A stretch of DNA of 63,728 nucleotides, filler included, from Chiloscyllium plagiosum (Eukaryota): assembly GCF_004010195.1 (NCBI RefSeq). It is 6 parts of one record of this genome, joined end to end, with 100 filler letters (N's around TTAATTAATTAA, not from the genome) between each part and the next. Parts side by side here need not be neighbours in the genome. Positions count along the whole stretch, not along the records: positions 1 to 10,395 come from NC_057711.1; positions 10,496 to 31,361 come from NC_057711.1; 4 more parts are not named here. One strand, given 5' to 3'. The notes beneath the pieces were generated by a model. It was not told the DNA's origin and made no database searches. It saw only the letters and a list, made by a program, of their open reading frames with translations. The position numbers were made by a program, and so were the translations under genes. Every line of letters starts with the position of its first letter. The first letter of the stretch is position 1. This document shows, piece by piece, positions 1 to 13,289 of this stretch.

Positions 1-340
1 TACAAAATTATGAGGGGCATGGATAGAGTAAATAAGCAAAGTCTTTTCCCTGGGGTCGTGGAGTCCAGAACGAGGGCATAGGTTTAGGGTGAGAGGGGAA
101 AGATATAAAAGAGACCTACAGGCCATCTTTTTCACACAGAGGGCAGTACATGTATGGAATGTGCTGCCAGAGGAAGTGGTGGAGGCTGGTACGATTGCAA
201 CATTTAAGAGGCATTTGGATGGGTTTGGAGGGGTATGGGCTGGGTGGGACTTGATTGGGTTGGGATATCTCGTCGGCATGGACGGGTTGGACTGAAGGGT
301 CTGTTTCCATGCTGTATATCTCTATGACTCTATGACTCTA
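1..340 (+). mobile_element. CR1 LINE 3' end
   Basis: ORF2 C-terminus (FFTQRAVHVWNVLPEEVVEAGTIATFKRHLD), 3' UTR and (CTATGACT)n tail at about 321-340. Confidence 0.9.
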
Positions 341-1801
341 CAAGTGTTGGGCTCGGTGGTTGTAAGTGAGGGAAGATGTTGCGAGTAATAGTGAAAGCAA
401 TACATGAATTTTGGTGGAAGATGGATATAGTAATAGAGGTAGAATGAGTGTAAAATATCAGATGATGCCTCTTCCCCTGGCAGAATGGAGGAAGGTCTTT
501 AAACCCTGCTTCCTACACTATTGACTATTCCTCCAGATGGCTGCTATTGCACTGAACTGGATGGCAGTTTTGGACCAGGGTGGCATGAACTTGTATTTTG
601 GATTCCTGTGCTGGTTCTGGAGAAAAGAGGGCATCCTGCTAGTGCATCACCCCATCTGGCAGAATCTCTGGGCTCCTGACCCTTGTCTGTCATGTCCAAG
701 GCAAATGTCAGGAACTGTGCAGAGCAGCTCTGGACTGACACTGCTTGTCCAAGTGAGCAACTGTTTTTAAATTTGGCGCTAGCATTAAGAATGCTGATCA
801 ATTTCAGGATAGCCCGGCTGTGGTGAATTGTTGTGGGAATGGCAATTGGTAAGTTGCGTCTGGAATTGGATGAGAGGGATGCTGTGGGGATGGAGTAGGC
901 AGTTAACTAGGTGCATTTGGTAAGGTCTGATGAGAGAACCTGTTAGGTCTCATGGTTATGAACCCCTCTCCACACTTAGAGAAAAAAAATGCTATTTGTA
1001 CTTCACGAAAAAACATAAGATTCTGCCCTCAGTATTCAATCATTGAAGGAGTTCTCACTTTGGATATTACATTGTTTCAGTGAAGTTATGTTTACTCTGC
1101 ATCAAAACAGTCTCCTTCCTTGATGACCACTCACTGGTCAATTACTTTGATGCTTGACTGGAATTCACCAAATCCAGTTCTCTTCCAACTCAGTTAAAAT
1201 AGCATCCCTTCATTTGAGTATTTTTATGCTTGATTGTTTCTTGATTTTTTCCATCACTACTCTACATTTGAAAATATTATTATTGTTTGATCTCCCACAG
1301 ATACAGGACCCACTTTTCCCTTTTAATTCACTGAGTTAGATCAAACACCCTTTCCTAACATGTTCTCTTATACACATTTCAGGAATTCCTCCTTCTCCCT
1401 AGCCATCATACTGCTGTTATGCAGTCAATTTAAGGAAAATGGAACATCACCATCATCACGATTCTACAGTTCTTGCACCTGCCTATACTTTCTCTGTAAC
1501 ATTTGAATAATTTGCCTGCAAACATTCTCTTCTCTACCATTCCTACTGTTGAATGAACTACAGGAAAAAAATCACTATTATTCTTGAATTAAAAAATAAT
1601 AAGCTGTTCTTTGTGCCTCAGCAATGGTGCAACAGCTTTTAAACTGAAACATTCTCCCATTTTCATTGATCTTTCCTCAAATTTTATACACAATAATATT
1701 AAGTCCTAATCCTTATCTTCTTTGAGCAAAATCTCTGGTATTGTTATGTGGAAAGTTGTGACCATAGCTGATAACCTCATTTATCATAGTGCATTTATGT
1801 A

Positions 1802-3060
1802 CATGCCCCTAGCCAAGCTGTTCCAGAATATCAGCAACACTGGCATCTATCTGACAATGTGAAAATTGCCCAGGTACGCACTGTGCAAAAAGCAGGGCAA
1901 TTCCAACTCAGCCAATTATAGGCCCATCAGTCTGCTCTTGATCATCATTGAAGTGATAGAAAATGTCATCAATAGTGCTATTAAGCAGCACTTACTTCTC
2001 AATAGCATGATCACTGACACTCAGTTTGAGTTCCACTAGGGCCACTCAGCTTCTGACTTCATTACAGCCTTGGTTCAACACAAGACAAACAGGGTAATCC
2101 CAGACGTGGGTTGAGAGTGACTGCCGTTGTCACCAAGAATGCATTTAACTGCATTTGGCGCCAAAGAGCCTGGAGTCTTTTAGAATCAGAGTGAAACTCT
2201 GCTGCTTGAAGTTATACCTGATGTAAAGTAAGATGATTGTGGTTGTTACAGGTCACACATCTAGGCTCCAGCTTATTTCTGCAGGTATTCCTCAGGGTTA
2301 GGTCCTAGGCCCAAATATCTTCAGCTTTATCAGTGACCTTCCCTGCATTATAAGCTCAGACACAGAGATGTTTACTAATGATTGTACAATGTTCACTATC
2401 ATTCATGACTCCTCAGATACTGAGGATGTTCAAATGGAGCAGGATCTGAGCAATTTTCTAGATTTTGATTGACAAGTGGCAAATAACATTTGTGCCTCAC
2501 AAGCAATGACTATCTCAAGACAGAATCTATTCACCGTCTTTGACATTGAATGACATTAACATCACTGAATCCTCAACCATCAAGATTCTGGAGATTACCA
2601 TTGACTAGAAATTGAACTGGACTAGCCAAATAATTGCATCGGTTATAAAGCAGGTTCAGAAGTCAGGAATCTTGCTGTGAGTAAATTACTTCCTGACTCT
2701 CCAAAGCCTGTTCATTCTATACTGGGCACAAGCCAAGAATATCCCCCACTTGTCTGAGTACAGCAGGCGACTTGATTGGTTCCATATTCTTAAACACTTA
2801 CTATCCCTACAACTGACGATGAGTAGCAGCAATATGTACCACCACAAGATACACTGCAGAAATTCATCAATGTTCCTTAGAGAGCATCTTCCAAACCTAT
2901 GTCTGCTATCATATTGAAAGGCAAGGGCATCAGAAACTTAGGAACACCACCATCTGCATGTTCTCCTCCAAAACACTCACCATCCTGACGTAGAACTATA
3001 TCATCTTTCCTTCAATGTCACCGAGTGTACATCCTGGAACTCCTTCCCTAATGGCATCAG
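1802..3060 (+). mobile_element. Decayed CR1-clade LINE RT fragment (second family)
   Basis: Degenerate PLAKLFQ...TGIYLTM*KIAQV...NYRPISLLLIIIEVIE...IPQG*VLGP RT motifs with many stops and frameshifts. Confidence 0.8.
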
Positions 3061-3689
3061 CATCTCGTAAACATCTTTAATACATCATTTTGACTCATTG
3101 GGATGAAGTTTCCCGTTGTCCTACCCATGAGAAAGAAACTAGATGGTGACAATTCCCAACATGAAAGATCGAACGGTTATCTGGCAACTCCAGCTCATCG
3201 CTAGCTTCTCCGGACATCCAATTTAGAGACAAGGCAAATAAATCTCAGGGCATGTTCCACGGGAAGTGGCGATATGCATCACCAAGACCTGTCCATCAGG
3301 GCCTCCATGACACCTTCAGCACAGCAGGGTGGCAGTTTCTGGTAAAGGCTTTAGCTTGAAATGCAAATCTGTATTTTCTCATTACAATACTGATGTGTTT
3401 GGCAGAATGGATAATGACCTTCTCTACAGTGTATGGGACTATTGACAGAACCCATGCATGTCAACTTTTGAGCAGGTGTATGGTGGGCTTTAAAGATAGT
3501 ACCCCATCAGGGTAGTCCAGTCAGTGATCAATGGGAGAATAAATATGATGAGCAGAGCAGCAGAGTGATGTAGCGCATTGTTAATGAGGTGAGTTTGAGA
3601 AAATAGTGGAGAAAGCTCATTAGGTCTCACAGACAGAAAGTGACAACTGAGGGTGAGCTGTGAATAGGGTGCAGAGATGCTTCACTATG

Positions 3690-4515
3690 ATTTGGACAAG
3701 CTGAATGAGTGGTAAATGCATGGCAGATGCAGCATTACGTGAATAAATGTGAAGTTATCTACTTTAGGAACAAAAACAGAAGGCGGATTATTATTTCAAT
3801 GGTTATAAATTGAAAAAGGGCAATGAGACCTGAATGTCCTCCTCTATTAGTGACTGAAGGTAAACATGCAGGTGAAGCAGATAGTAAAAAAGGATAACTA
3901 TATGTTAGCCCTCATAGCGAAAGGATATAAATACAGGAGTAGAGACGTTTTATTGCATTATACAAAACCTTTTTAAGACCACACTTGGAATTTTGTCTGC
4001 AGTTTTGGTCTCCTTATGTGAGGAAGGATGTTCTTCCATAGAGGGAGTGCAGCAAAGGTTTACCAGACCAATTCCTGAAATGGCACAACTGACATATGAG
4101 GAGAGATCGAATCAGTTAGGATTACATTCACTAGTATTCAGAAGAATGAGAGGGGTTGCAGAAAATCCTATAAAAAATTAATAGGAATAGTCAGGGTAGA
4201 TGCAGGCAAGATGTTCCCAATGACAGGGGAGTCCAGAAGCAGAGATCACAATTTTGGAGTGAGTGGGGGAGAAAAACCTTTACCCAGAGAGTGGTGAGCC
4301 TGAGGAATTTGCTACCACAGAAGGCACTCAAGACCAAAATATTGTACGATGTCAAGAAGGGGTTGGATATAACCCTTGAGTCTAGAGAGATCAAAGGATG
4401 GGGGGAACAGTGGGAATAGGTTACTGAGTTGGTTGATCAGAAATGATCATAACAAATCGTGGAGCAGGCTCGAAGGACCCAATGACCTATTCCTGCTTCT
4501 ATTTTCTATGTTTCT
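3690..4515 (+). mobile_element. CR1 LINE 3' fragment (decayed)
   Basis: RPHLE..QFWSPY and EGVQQRFTR..PEM..LTYEER motifs; 3' UTR ending cctgcttctattttctatgtttct. Confidence 0.85.
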
Positions 4516-4599
4516 CTGACTGAAATTGACACTTAGCCAATTTTTGGGCAAGTTCAATCTGCAGAGTCAAAAACGCAATGGCTCATGTCCTAAGGACAA

Positions 4600-4880
4600 A
4601 ATTGTGAAAACAAAATTAGCAGTTTTTAGATGTTGTTGGAATAATAAATATTGATTGGAGGAAATTCACTTCCCTTTCTTTGAAATAGCACTGTTAGTTC
4701 TCCCATGTTTCCTTAAGGAGAAAGATGAGACCCTCGTTTAGTATCTCATTTGGAAGACGCAGCTCTGACATTGCAGCACAGTCTCTGAACTGCACTGGAA
4801 TGTCAGCCAAAAAAACTGTGCCCATATTTCTACAGCCCATTGTGAACTTACAACTCAGAAGTCAGGTTGTTCCCAAGTGA
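4600..4880 (-). mobile_element. Old Deu-domain-like SINE (SacSINE1/AmnSINE1-related)
   Basis: Reverse complement contains ggctgacattccagtgcag...gagctgcgtcttccaaatgagatactaaacgagg...gtgctatttcaaagaaagg, resembling the Deu central domain (recalled consensus). Confidence 0.6.
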
Positions 4881-5054
4881 ATCACACCTGACAAGGCATG
4901 TGCAAACTGAACAGTTTTACCTGAGTACATATATTTCAAAAGAAGATCTGTCTTGTCCCCAACACCACCCACACCCAGCAAAACTGACTGCAGCATTTGG
5001 GATTGCAGTGAATGATTATGGGAAGCCGACATTCAGACAGCATGAATAAACCTG

Positions 5055-5229
5055 GTAAAAACAAGGACTGCAGATGCTGGAAACCACAGTCTAGATTACA
5101 TTGGTGCTGGAAAAGCGCAGCAGGTAGGCAGCAGGCATTCCTGATGAAGGGCTTTTGCCCGAAACATCGATTTTCCTGCTCCTTGGATGCTGCCTGACCT
5201 GCTGCGCTTTTCCAGCACCACTCTAATCT
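5055..5229. mobile_element. Short PLE-derived fold-back insertion with TSD
   Basis: Minus-strand pLTR end joined to a plus-strand pLTR piece. Flanked by agcatgaataaac (5039-5051) and agcatgactaaac (5230-5242). Confidence 0.8.
5137..5172 (+). ncRNA. Minimal type I hammerhead ribozyme motif (PLE family A)
   Basis: attc-CTGATGA-a-GGGC-tttt-GCCC-GAAAC-atc-gatt. Catalytic boxes and stem II are intact; the triplet is AUC here versus GUC in sister copies. Confidence 0.7.
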
Positions 5230-5869
5230 AGCATGACTAAACTTGTCAGCTTCCAGCTTGCTTGTCCACACATCTAGATGTGAAACCTTTGATTGTATGA
5301 CAGAAAATAGGTCTGAAAAACACAAGTTCTGTGAGCTCAACAACATATTATACTGTAAATTAAAGTACATCCTGGAGCAATTTCAAGGATCTCAAGATCC
5401 TGATCTCAAGATTCAAATAAATGTTTGCCATGCTCTCAAGCTTTTGCTTTTGTGGACTGCCATCCTATCAGACCTCTTGGATGAGATTACTATCATGGAA
5501 TCATTCCTGGCTCTCCACTATTTCCTGTATCTAGTTGATATTTTTCTTGCTTACAATAACACATTCAAGATTTTACTCACATGGAGAAAACACAGCGGTA
5601 TGGATGTGTTGGGTTCAGTAGCCTTTGAAAAAAGGAATTGCTGTTGGGTAACTAGGAGAGTTAATGGTTAATGGTTGGAAATTTGGCAATCAGGAAAGAT
5701 CTTTATGATGGGGAGAAGGAGAGATTTTGGGGAAAAGCTCCAGCACGTAGGTCCAAGAAGGTTTAGGACTGTCACTGACAGTCAAACATAAGGATGGATG
5801 GTCCATGGCCAGACTAGAAGGTTGCAGAGTTGTGATGAGATAGACAAAGAGAAATCCTGAGAGGACCTA

Positions 5870-6570
5870 ATCAGGTGGATGCCAAAAGAATGTTTCCTCT
5901 TGTGGGAGAACTAGAACCAGGGGTTCATATTTAAATGTAATGGGCCACTCATTTAAGACAGACATGAAGAAATGTATTTTTTCCTCATAAAGTTGTGAGT
6001 CGTTTGAAATTCCTTTCATCGAAAGGCAGTGCATGCAAAATCTTTAAATATTTTTAAGGCAGGGGTAGTTAGATTCTTGATTACCAAGGAAATGAAAGAC
6101 TTTTAGAAATAAGTAGGAGTGTAGAATCTGGGTTAAAACCAGATCTTATTGAATGGCAGTGTAACCTAATCTTGTTCCCTGTTCATGGGTTTGCATAATC
6201 ATAAGTGCCAACAAAGAGATCAAGGCTAAAGAAACATTTGTCAATGAACAGAAGAATTTTAAACACTGCATTTGGGACAAAGATCCAGTGCAGATCTAAA
6301 GCATGGAGGTAATACATAAGGTGGACTTAGTGAGGGCCAGTATATAGATCACAGCATTTTGAACCGGTTGGAATAGATGACCTTCTGTTTCTATTGAAGG
6401 TAGATTAAGGATGCAATGGTTCCACCATAAAGAGTAGAGGGGAATCAAAGATACTGGGAAAGAGCAGGAAAGTGGATGTTAGAAATGTTGGATTAGCCAT
6501 GAATGGAACAACAGGTTCGAGGGATTGAACAGCCTACTCCTATTTCTATTTATTATGACCTTATGTCCTT
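5870..6570 (+). mobile_element. Two decayed CR1 3' fragments
   Basis: MFPLVGE..TRG..FK-like C-terminal remnants and CR1 3' UTRs ending near 6190 and 6570. Confidence 0.65.
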
Positions 6571-7194
6571 ACAAATGTTCAATGGGGATTATATTATGAG
6601 GTGACAGTGACTGTATTACAAGCTGTGCCAACAGAAGTGCCAAGAATCATAATTTTTCTTTATTTATATATCGTGAAGTAAATGAGGTGTGATGAGCCAT
6701 TATGGCTCACTGGGTGATCTTGGTGATCAATTATGCTTTTTCTCTTGTTTGTCCCTGGCTTAAACAAAACTTTGCAATATTGGAGTCCTGCCATGCATGT
6801 CGAAATGGACCTTGGGAAAGGGATCCACCATGACAGGACTAAGACAAAATGACACTAAACTTATCTTCATTGCTAGCAAAACTGCTAATGTGTGTTGGCA
6901 ATGTTAAGGATCTGTCTGTGTGAGTTCAAATCATTAGACACAAAAATAGAAGGAGTGAATTAAACTGAACAGAATGTCACTGTTCATAAGACATTAGCAC
7001 AAATGTGTGCTTTGTGTTTGCTCCAGCTTTTACTCTGCCTTTTCTAAACACAGGGAAGTTTAAGAATGGGCAATAGTTTTAAGTACACGATAGGAGCTTG
7101 GATGCTTGTAAAATAGCTCTCGAACCTTTCATTTTCACTGACCTGAACAGAAATCAAGATGCAAAGTCTAAACTCCCCCCAAAATTGAAGAGTT

Positions 7195-7460
7195 TTTAAA
7201 ATTCATTCATGGGCTGAGGGTGCTGCTGGCGAGGCCAGCATTTGTTGCCCATGCCAGAGGGCAGTTAAGAGTCAACCACATTGCTGTGGGTCTGAAGTCA
7301 CATGTAGGCCAGATCAGGCATTTCCTTCCCTAAAAGATATTAATGAACTAGATATTTTTTTCTCAACTAGATGGCTTTCTTTACGGTCACCTTTAGACTT
7401 TTAATTCCAAATTTGTATTGAATTCAAATTCCACCATCTGCTATGGTGTCCAGCGATACT
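7195..7460 (-). mobile_element. Shark SINE-like repeat
   Basis: cattcatggg...ggccagcatttgttgccc...gggcagttaagagtcaaccacattgctgtgggtctg; a second copy lies at about 54965-55240. Confidence 0.7.
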
Positions 7461-8369
7461 ACCAGTAGGCATCGCCTCACTCTAACCCTGGAGTATGGTT
7501 ATTTGAGCTCAATGTGTTCCTTGGCTCCTTACATTAGTGACCATCCATCATATGTGAATTTAGCTGTTGAAACTCAATTTACTGTTCAACCGTGGAAGGC
7601 ATTATACCTGAACCCAAAACATTCTCAATCATTATCTACAAATGCCTGCTAAACAATCCTGTAATATAAATTCACTAAAATCTGATGAAACTGAGTGTTG
7701 TAAAATACGAGACATTCAACACTCAATTTCTTCAATACTATCAATAGAAATCTTCAATTTAGTTACTAAAGAGATACAAAAAGCAATCAAAATGGCTGTT
7801 GTTTTACGATCAGAAAAGTAGGAAAATAAAGGGAAAAACTTCCTTATTAAACTAGCAAGCACATGAAAATGAGTGATAAGACAGATCCCCAGCCTAAAAG
7901 GGATTAGTTATGATTAAAAAGCAGACGATTGATGAGGAATCTTATTAATACGAGTCACGTCAAATATGACAGATGGGTCCATATAAAACCCAGATTGTTA
8001 CTTAAAGTAGATCAAGAACGCAGAACGACAGGGCAGAGTCAGAAAACAGGAAACAAATCTGGAATGATAAAAGGAAGTGATTATATACTGAAAGAGTAAG
8101 AAAAGTTTGAAATAATCACAATTGAGGCATTAAAAAAATTCCACAATCAGTTAGCACGTCCTTCCTGCTCTTGTATGGTTTTCCACACACAGACTAAGTG
8201 TCTTTGCTGATCTGTTTAGTATCATTGTGAGCCTTTGATTGTAAGTGGTGATGTTGTTGCCAGCAGCAGTTACCGCCCTTATCGTGTCAAGCAACATCAC
8301 CACCTGCAGCACCAGCATCGTGTAACCTTGCAATGCCTTGGAACTTTATTGATGGTGAGTCAACAAGGC

Positions 8370-8800
8370 AAATGAAGGTGTTGTATTATGAGGAAATTTT
8401 TGAAGAGGCTGGACCAGGACTCCATGAAATTTAGAAGGCTGAGATGTAATCTTATTGTTACACTTACAATTCTGAAGACGCTTTAATCGATTATATACTG
8501 AGAGGATGTTTCATTTTGCAGGGGATTCTACAAATAGGGGTCATAGCATCACAATGAAGGATCTGCTATTGAGGTGGAGGTGTGGAGAAATTTCTTCTCT
8601 CAGAGGGTTAATAAGATTTAGAATTCTTTTCCCCAAGAACAGTAAAAATTGGATCATTGAATGCATTCAGATTTTGGGGAGTCCACAGTTAATGAGGGCA
8701 GACAGGAAAGTGGAGTTAAGAGTACAGTTGCATCAACAATGATCATTATTTGATGCAAGAGTAAAGTGAAGGGGCCAGATGGTCTAGTCCTGCTTCAATT
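8370..8800 (+). mobile_element. Decayed CR1 3' fragment
   Basis: YEE.LKRL..FRRLR.NL...RMF..AGDSTNRGHS remnants. Confidence 0.65.
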
Positions 8801-9609
8801 TTGGCTCTAAATGGCATAGAAGAGGCTAAGAAATATGCTTTAAGTTAGCAAGTTTCCTTTCTGAACTTAACCTATGGTTATGCACTTATCCAAGAAAGCA
8901 GGTATAATTCTGTTCATTTTCAAGTTGACAGAACACCTGGATGCACATGTGACTTATATTTATAAATTGTTGAAACCTTTATCTAGCATATAAATTGCAG
9001 TTGAATATATTTTCATCCCTATAATTTTAAACTATCCACATATAATACCTTTCTGTGAATAGTTTTTCTGTATTGTCACCCTGGTGTGAAAATAATTAGG
9101 GTATTTCTGGTATCCAAGCATGCTGTTGACTTACTAAGATTGTTTCTCACTAGTTTAAAAACAAGCAACCTGAAGAAGCACACGGTGCTGTATGAAAAAC
9201 AAAACACTATATTGTAACATCAGTGTGACTTACACCGCCTTCAGAACTGGCAAATTGCATTTAGGTGACCATATTATTTTTCAAATTTGAGTTACCAGGT
9301 TAGATCATTAGCAATGCTAATTGGTAGAAGCTGGAGATTTGTGCCTCATGCCTTTCAGAAACAAAGACCAACCAGCCCCAGTCAAAATCTGAGCTTTTGA
9401 ATTATAATTTATGTTTTAAGCTTCATTTTGAGCAGTTCTACATTAGACCTTATCATGATCTGACTACACCCATTTCCCACCTGCTAGCCTGACCACTTAA
9501 TTACTCGAGCAACCAGAGTATCTACTCACTCATTAACCCACTTACCAATTAAAACCATTTACCACCTTACCCACCCATCCAACTTATCTTCTAGGTCATA
9601 TTCTACAGT

Positions 9610-10250
9610 AGTTGCTTTTTGCAATATGGTCTGCTGTAATTGGGGAGACAAAACATAGTCTGGGTGATCACTTTGCAGAACACCTATGTTTTGTTTGCAA
9701 AAATTACCCTGAGCTTCCAGTTGCCTGCCAGTTCAAAACACCGCCATGTTCTCTGGCTAACGTTTTTGTCTTGCTTGCTGTAGTACTCCAGCGTGGCTCA
9801 GCGCAAACTAGAAGAACAGTATCTCATTTTTCACTTGAGGATCCTGCAGCTTTTGGGACTACTGAGTTCAATAATTTTAGGGCCTGAGCATCTTCTCTCC
9901 CATGTCTTTATGCCAATTCTCACCCACCCAGACCTTGTCATCACATGGGCGGCGACCACAGCTATCCCTTCATTGGCTACTAATAGTCCCAATTAGCAGC
10001 TATTGATTTGCCTAGGTAACATTTACTCACTCTTTTGTCTGTCCAACTGTTGCCTCTCTCTCTCTCTCTGGGCTTCATTTCCACCTATCATTTATTTGTG
10101 TTAGCTCCACTCCATCTTCAGTATATATATCAACCTTTTCTTAGCAACAATCAATTTTTACAAAGGATTAATGGACCAGAAAATTTAACCTTGATTTCTC
10201 TCCATAGAAATACCAAACCTGCTGAGTTTTCCCAACAATTTCTATTTTTG
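9610..10250 (+). mobile_element. PLE 3' fragment (GIY-YIG end + pLTR, family B)
   Basis: IGETKHSLGDHFAEHL..V.KNYPELPVACQF and AQRKLEEQYLIFHL are typical PLE GIY-YIG C-terminal motifs. Confidence 0.8.
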
Positions 10251-10261
10251 TGACTTCTTAC

Positions 10262-10395
10262 CCAATGACATAGCAAAGATAAGTGGGAAAACTGAGGACT
10301 GGGAAGCTTTTAAAGAGCAACAGAGGATTACTAAGAAGGAAATACGCAGAGAAAAAATGAGGTACGAAGGTAAATTGGCCAATAATATAAAGGAG
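10262..10395 (+). mobile_element. CR1 ORF2 fragment running into a gap
   Basis: AKISGKTEDWEAFKEQQRITKKEIRREKMRYEGKLANNIK, the EN-RT linker of CR1. Confidence 0.8.
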
Positions 10396-10495
10396 NNNNN
10401 NNNNNNNNNNNNNNNNNNNNNNNNNNNNNNNNNNNNNNNTTAATTAATTAANNNNNNNNNNNNNNNNNNNNNNNNNNNNNNNNNNNNNNNNNNNN

Positions 10496-10880
10496 TCAAA
10501 GGTTCTTGCCTAACACCGTCAAAATTGGCCTTTCTCCAATTTAGAACTTCAACTTTTAGATCTGGTCTATCCTGTTCCATCACTATTTTAAAACAAATAG
10601 AATTATGGTTACTGGCCCCAAAGTGCTCCCCCACTGACACCTCAGTCACCTGCCCTGCCTTATTTCCCAAGAGTAGGTCAAGTTTTGCACCTTCTCCAGA
10701 AGGTACATCCACATATTGAATCAGAAAATAGTCTCGTGCACACTTAAGAAATTCCTCTCCATCTAAACCTTTAACACAATGGCAGTCCCAGTCAATGTTT
10801 GGAAAGTTAAAATCCCCTACCATAACTGCCCTAGCATGTTACAGCCAAAGACTTTTCCCGTCCTCCATCTTGGATTACCC
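10496..10880 (-). mobile_element. CR1 endonuclease fragment joined to a putative CR1 5' terminus
   Basis: VGDFNFPNIDW...LDLLL...SNHNSICF (APE endonuclease). 10838-10880 matches the terminus at 29440-29483. Confidence 0.8.
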
Positions 10881-10919
10881 GGAATTGTATTTATTATGTG
10901 TTTTCCTTTTAATCACTTG

Positions 10920-11750
10920 AAACTTTTGATCAGCATCTTAACCTTCTAACTTTTAGAGAAAACATGCCTCGGTTTATAATCTCTCCTCATAACTTAACCC
11001 TTGAAGTCCAGGTACCATATGAACCTATATTGCATGCTCTCCAAGTCTAATGTATCCTTCCTCAGGTATAATGCCCAGACCTTCTCACAGAACTACAAGC
11101 AGGATCTAACCAGGTTTCTGTATAGCTGCAGCATAACTTCTGCACCCTACATTCCAGTCCTCTAGACATAAAGATCAGCATTCCATTCACCTTCTTGATT
11201 AATTTCTGCACCTGTTATGACATTTCAAAGATCTATGCACCTGAACCCTCAAGTGTCTTTGGGCATCCCCTGAATTTAATTGCATATTATCTAGAAAGTA
11301 CCCTCATCTAAATTTTGTTTCGGTCCAAAATGGATGACGTCAAATTTGCTTACATTGAAAGCCATCTGCCACAGTCATGCTCATTCACTTAGTGTATCAA
11401 TATCCCCTTCTAATTTTATGCTGTCTTCTACCTGGTCTATAAGCTGACAAACTTTGTGTCGTCAGCAAATTTGGACGTATAACTTTCTATGGCAATATTC
11501 AAGTTGTGACTAAATTGAAAGCCTAGCACAGTTCATTTTTAGAGACTACTGGTCACATCCTGCCCTCAATTCTGTTACCTTCTACCTTGAATAACAGTGT
11601 CTTATGGGGGATTTTATCAAATGTCTTCTGGAAGTCCATACGAATAACATGCATAAACATTCTCCCGTCTACCTCTTCAAAAATTCAGTGGGGTCTGTCA
11701 GGCATGACCCACCTGTCCTGAATTATACTGGCTTTCCCTGATTAACTGTG
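10920..11750 (-). mobile_element. Decayed CR1 RT fragment
   Basis: Reverse complement shows MDFQKTFDKIPH and KFADDTK motifs. Confidence 0.75.
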
Positions 11751-11834
11751 GGTTCTACCCACCCCTTCCCCCTCAGTAGCTCAAGGAGATGCTGAAAGCA
11801 TTTCACAATTATTTAAAACTGAGAACAAATTAAG

Positions 11835-12060
11835 TTCATGATAGAGCAAGATTTAACAGCACCCAAGAGAATTCATAAAGGATGTCTTTATAATCTTCTC
11901 AGACTAATGGAGAGATGCAAGTGTGATGGCTTAAGCTCAATTTCACAAGAGACTGGATCATTGTAGGCATTACTGAGGAGACTGTATCAGAGATATTACA
12001 GTCCAAAGAAGACCCAATACTAGGGAAAGCTATTCAGAACATGAGAAAAGCAAAGGCTGA
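11835..12060 (+). pseudogene. Gypsy/Ty3 LTR-retrotransposon gag relic
   Basis: DRARFNS at 11840, then after a frameshift RDWIIVGITEETVSEILQSKEDPILGKAIQNMRKA (11948-12052), matching the fish Gypsy gag pattern ERARFN...IRDRIVVG..D..LS..LQ....LTLEKAI. Confidence 0.7.
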
Positions 12061-12099
12061 GAAGAAACTGTGAAAATTATATTCCTCACCCAGTTTTTG

Positions 12100-12480
12100 A
12101 CTCAGTGGGTGACTTTGGCATCTCTGACAAAAAACGATTATGACCTCACAACCCAGTCCAAGATTCTGAGTACATGGTGTTCCAGTGCGACCTTGAGTGA
12201 GTGAGTGGATATTCAGATGAGACTTTAAACTTATGTCATTAATTTGAAAGTGAGTAAGTGAGACTGTTCCAGTGACCTAGCCAATATTTATGCCTCAATC
12301 AATGCCTGAAAGCAATTATCTGACCATGAGAACAACACTATTTGAGAAAGTTTGCCATGAACAAAGTAGTTGCCACAATTTCTATCTTACAATTGGTATG
12401 CTTCAAAATTAATTGATTAGCTGTTGATTTTAGAATATCATGAGCCATGAAAGGTGTTATATAAGTCCATGGTCTTTTAT
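12100..12480 (+). mobile_element. Old Deu-domain-like SINE
   Basis: ttcagatgagactttaaac...gccaatatttatgcctcaatcaa...attatctgacc...gaaaggtgttatataag, with an L2-like 3' tail. Confidence 0.65.
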
Positions 12481-13289
12481 CTTTCTTTGTTGGAAAATAC
12501 AGTACATCAATTATACTTTCAAGTCATGTTTTTAATGTAATATGGATTTTGCAATCCAGATCATATGCTCTTTAACTACTTTTTGTAAAGTCACAAATAT
12601 GATGATTGCATCATTTAATTCATGTACTCTTTTGATGATGAAAGAATGATTCAGATTTTCTGTTCAAGACAAGACAAGAAAGAAATCATACTGTACAATC
12701 TTAATGCTATGAAAATGCACTGAGGAACACTGAGCCCATGTCTAAGAGGTAACACAGAGAAAACTTGCTTAAATCTGATACAAGAAAATCTGCACAACAA
12801 CAGCAGCAGCAGATCATAGAAAAACAGATGACAGTACAGCAATTTGAAATGGAAAATTCAAATAAAATCATTAAAGATGTTTATCTGTGTAATTCTAATC
12901 ATGGCCTTAGACAATAAAACAACAATATTTTATAAGAAGTATGTATGGATCATAAACAGTTGTGTGCCTGTTGTAAGTAAATTCATAGCTAATAGATAAT
13001 TTTTAAAATAAACATGCTGCTAGATGCACCACATGTTTATGCTACATTTATTTTTAGCAAGTAGTTACATTCTGGTAAAAATATAGTGAGTAGATTGTAC
13101 ATGCAAAAATGGAATAATTACACTGAACATCAAAATGTCCATCAGAACATACAGAAACAGAATCTGGTGATCATCAGACATCCTACCTTTTAGCCTTTAA
13201 AAGCAGGGCCAATCTATCATGCTGTCTCAGCTGCATCTTGCTGTCCCTTTCAAATTTTCTTCCCAATTGAGAGTGGCAGATGGATAGGC

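Noticed and set aside
9234..9352. Minus-strand AG/GTAAGT-bounded segment
   Set aside because: Stops in all three frames.
10396..10495. TTAATTAATTAA centred in N runs (also near 31406, 49093, 54202 and 59346)
   Set aside because: The identical 100-nt layout recurs each time with stops in all frames; it is an artificial scaffolding spacer, not a biological motif.
12755..12920. Short Gln-rich open frame (KSAQQQQQQIIEK)
   Set aside because: A short CAA/CAG run with no start codon, splice support or homology.
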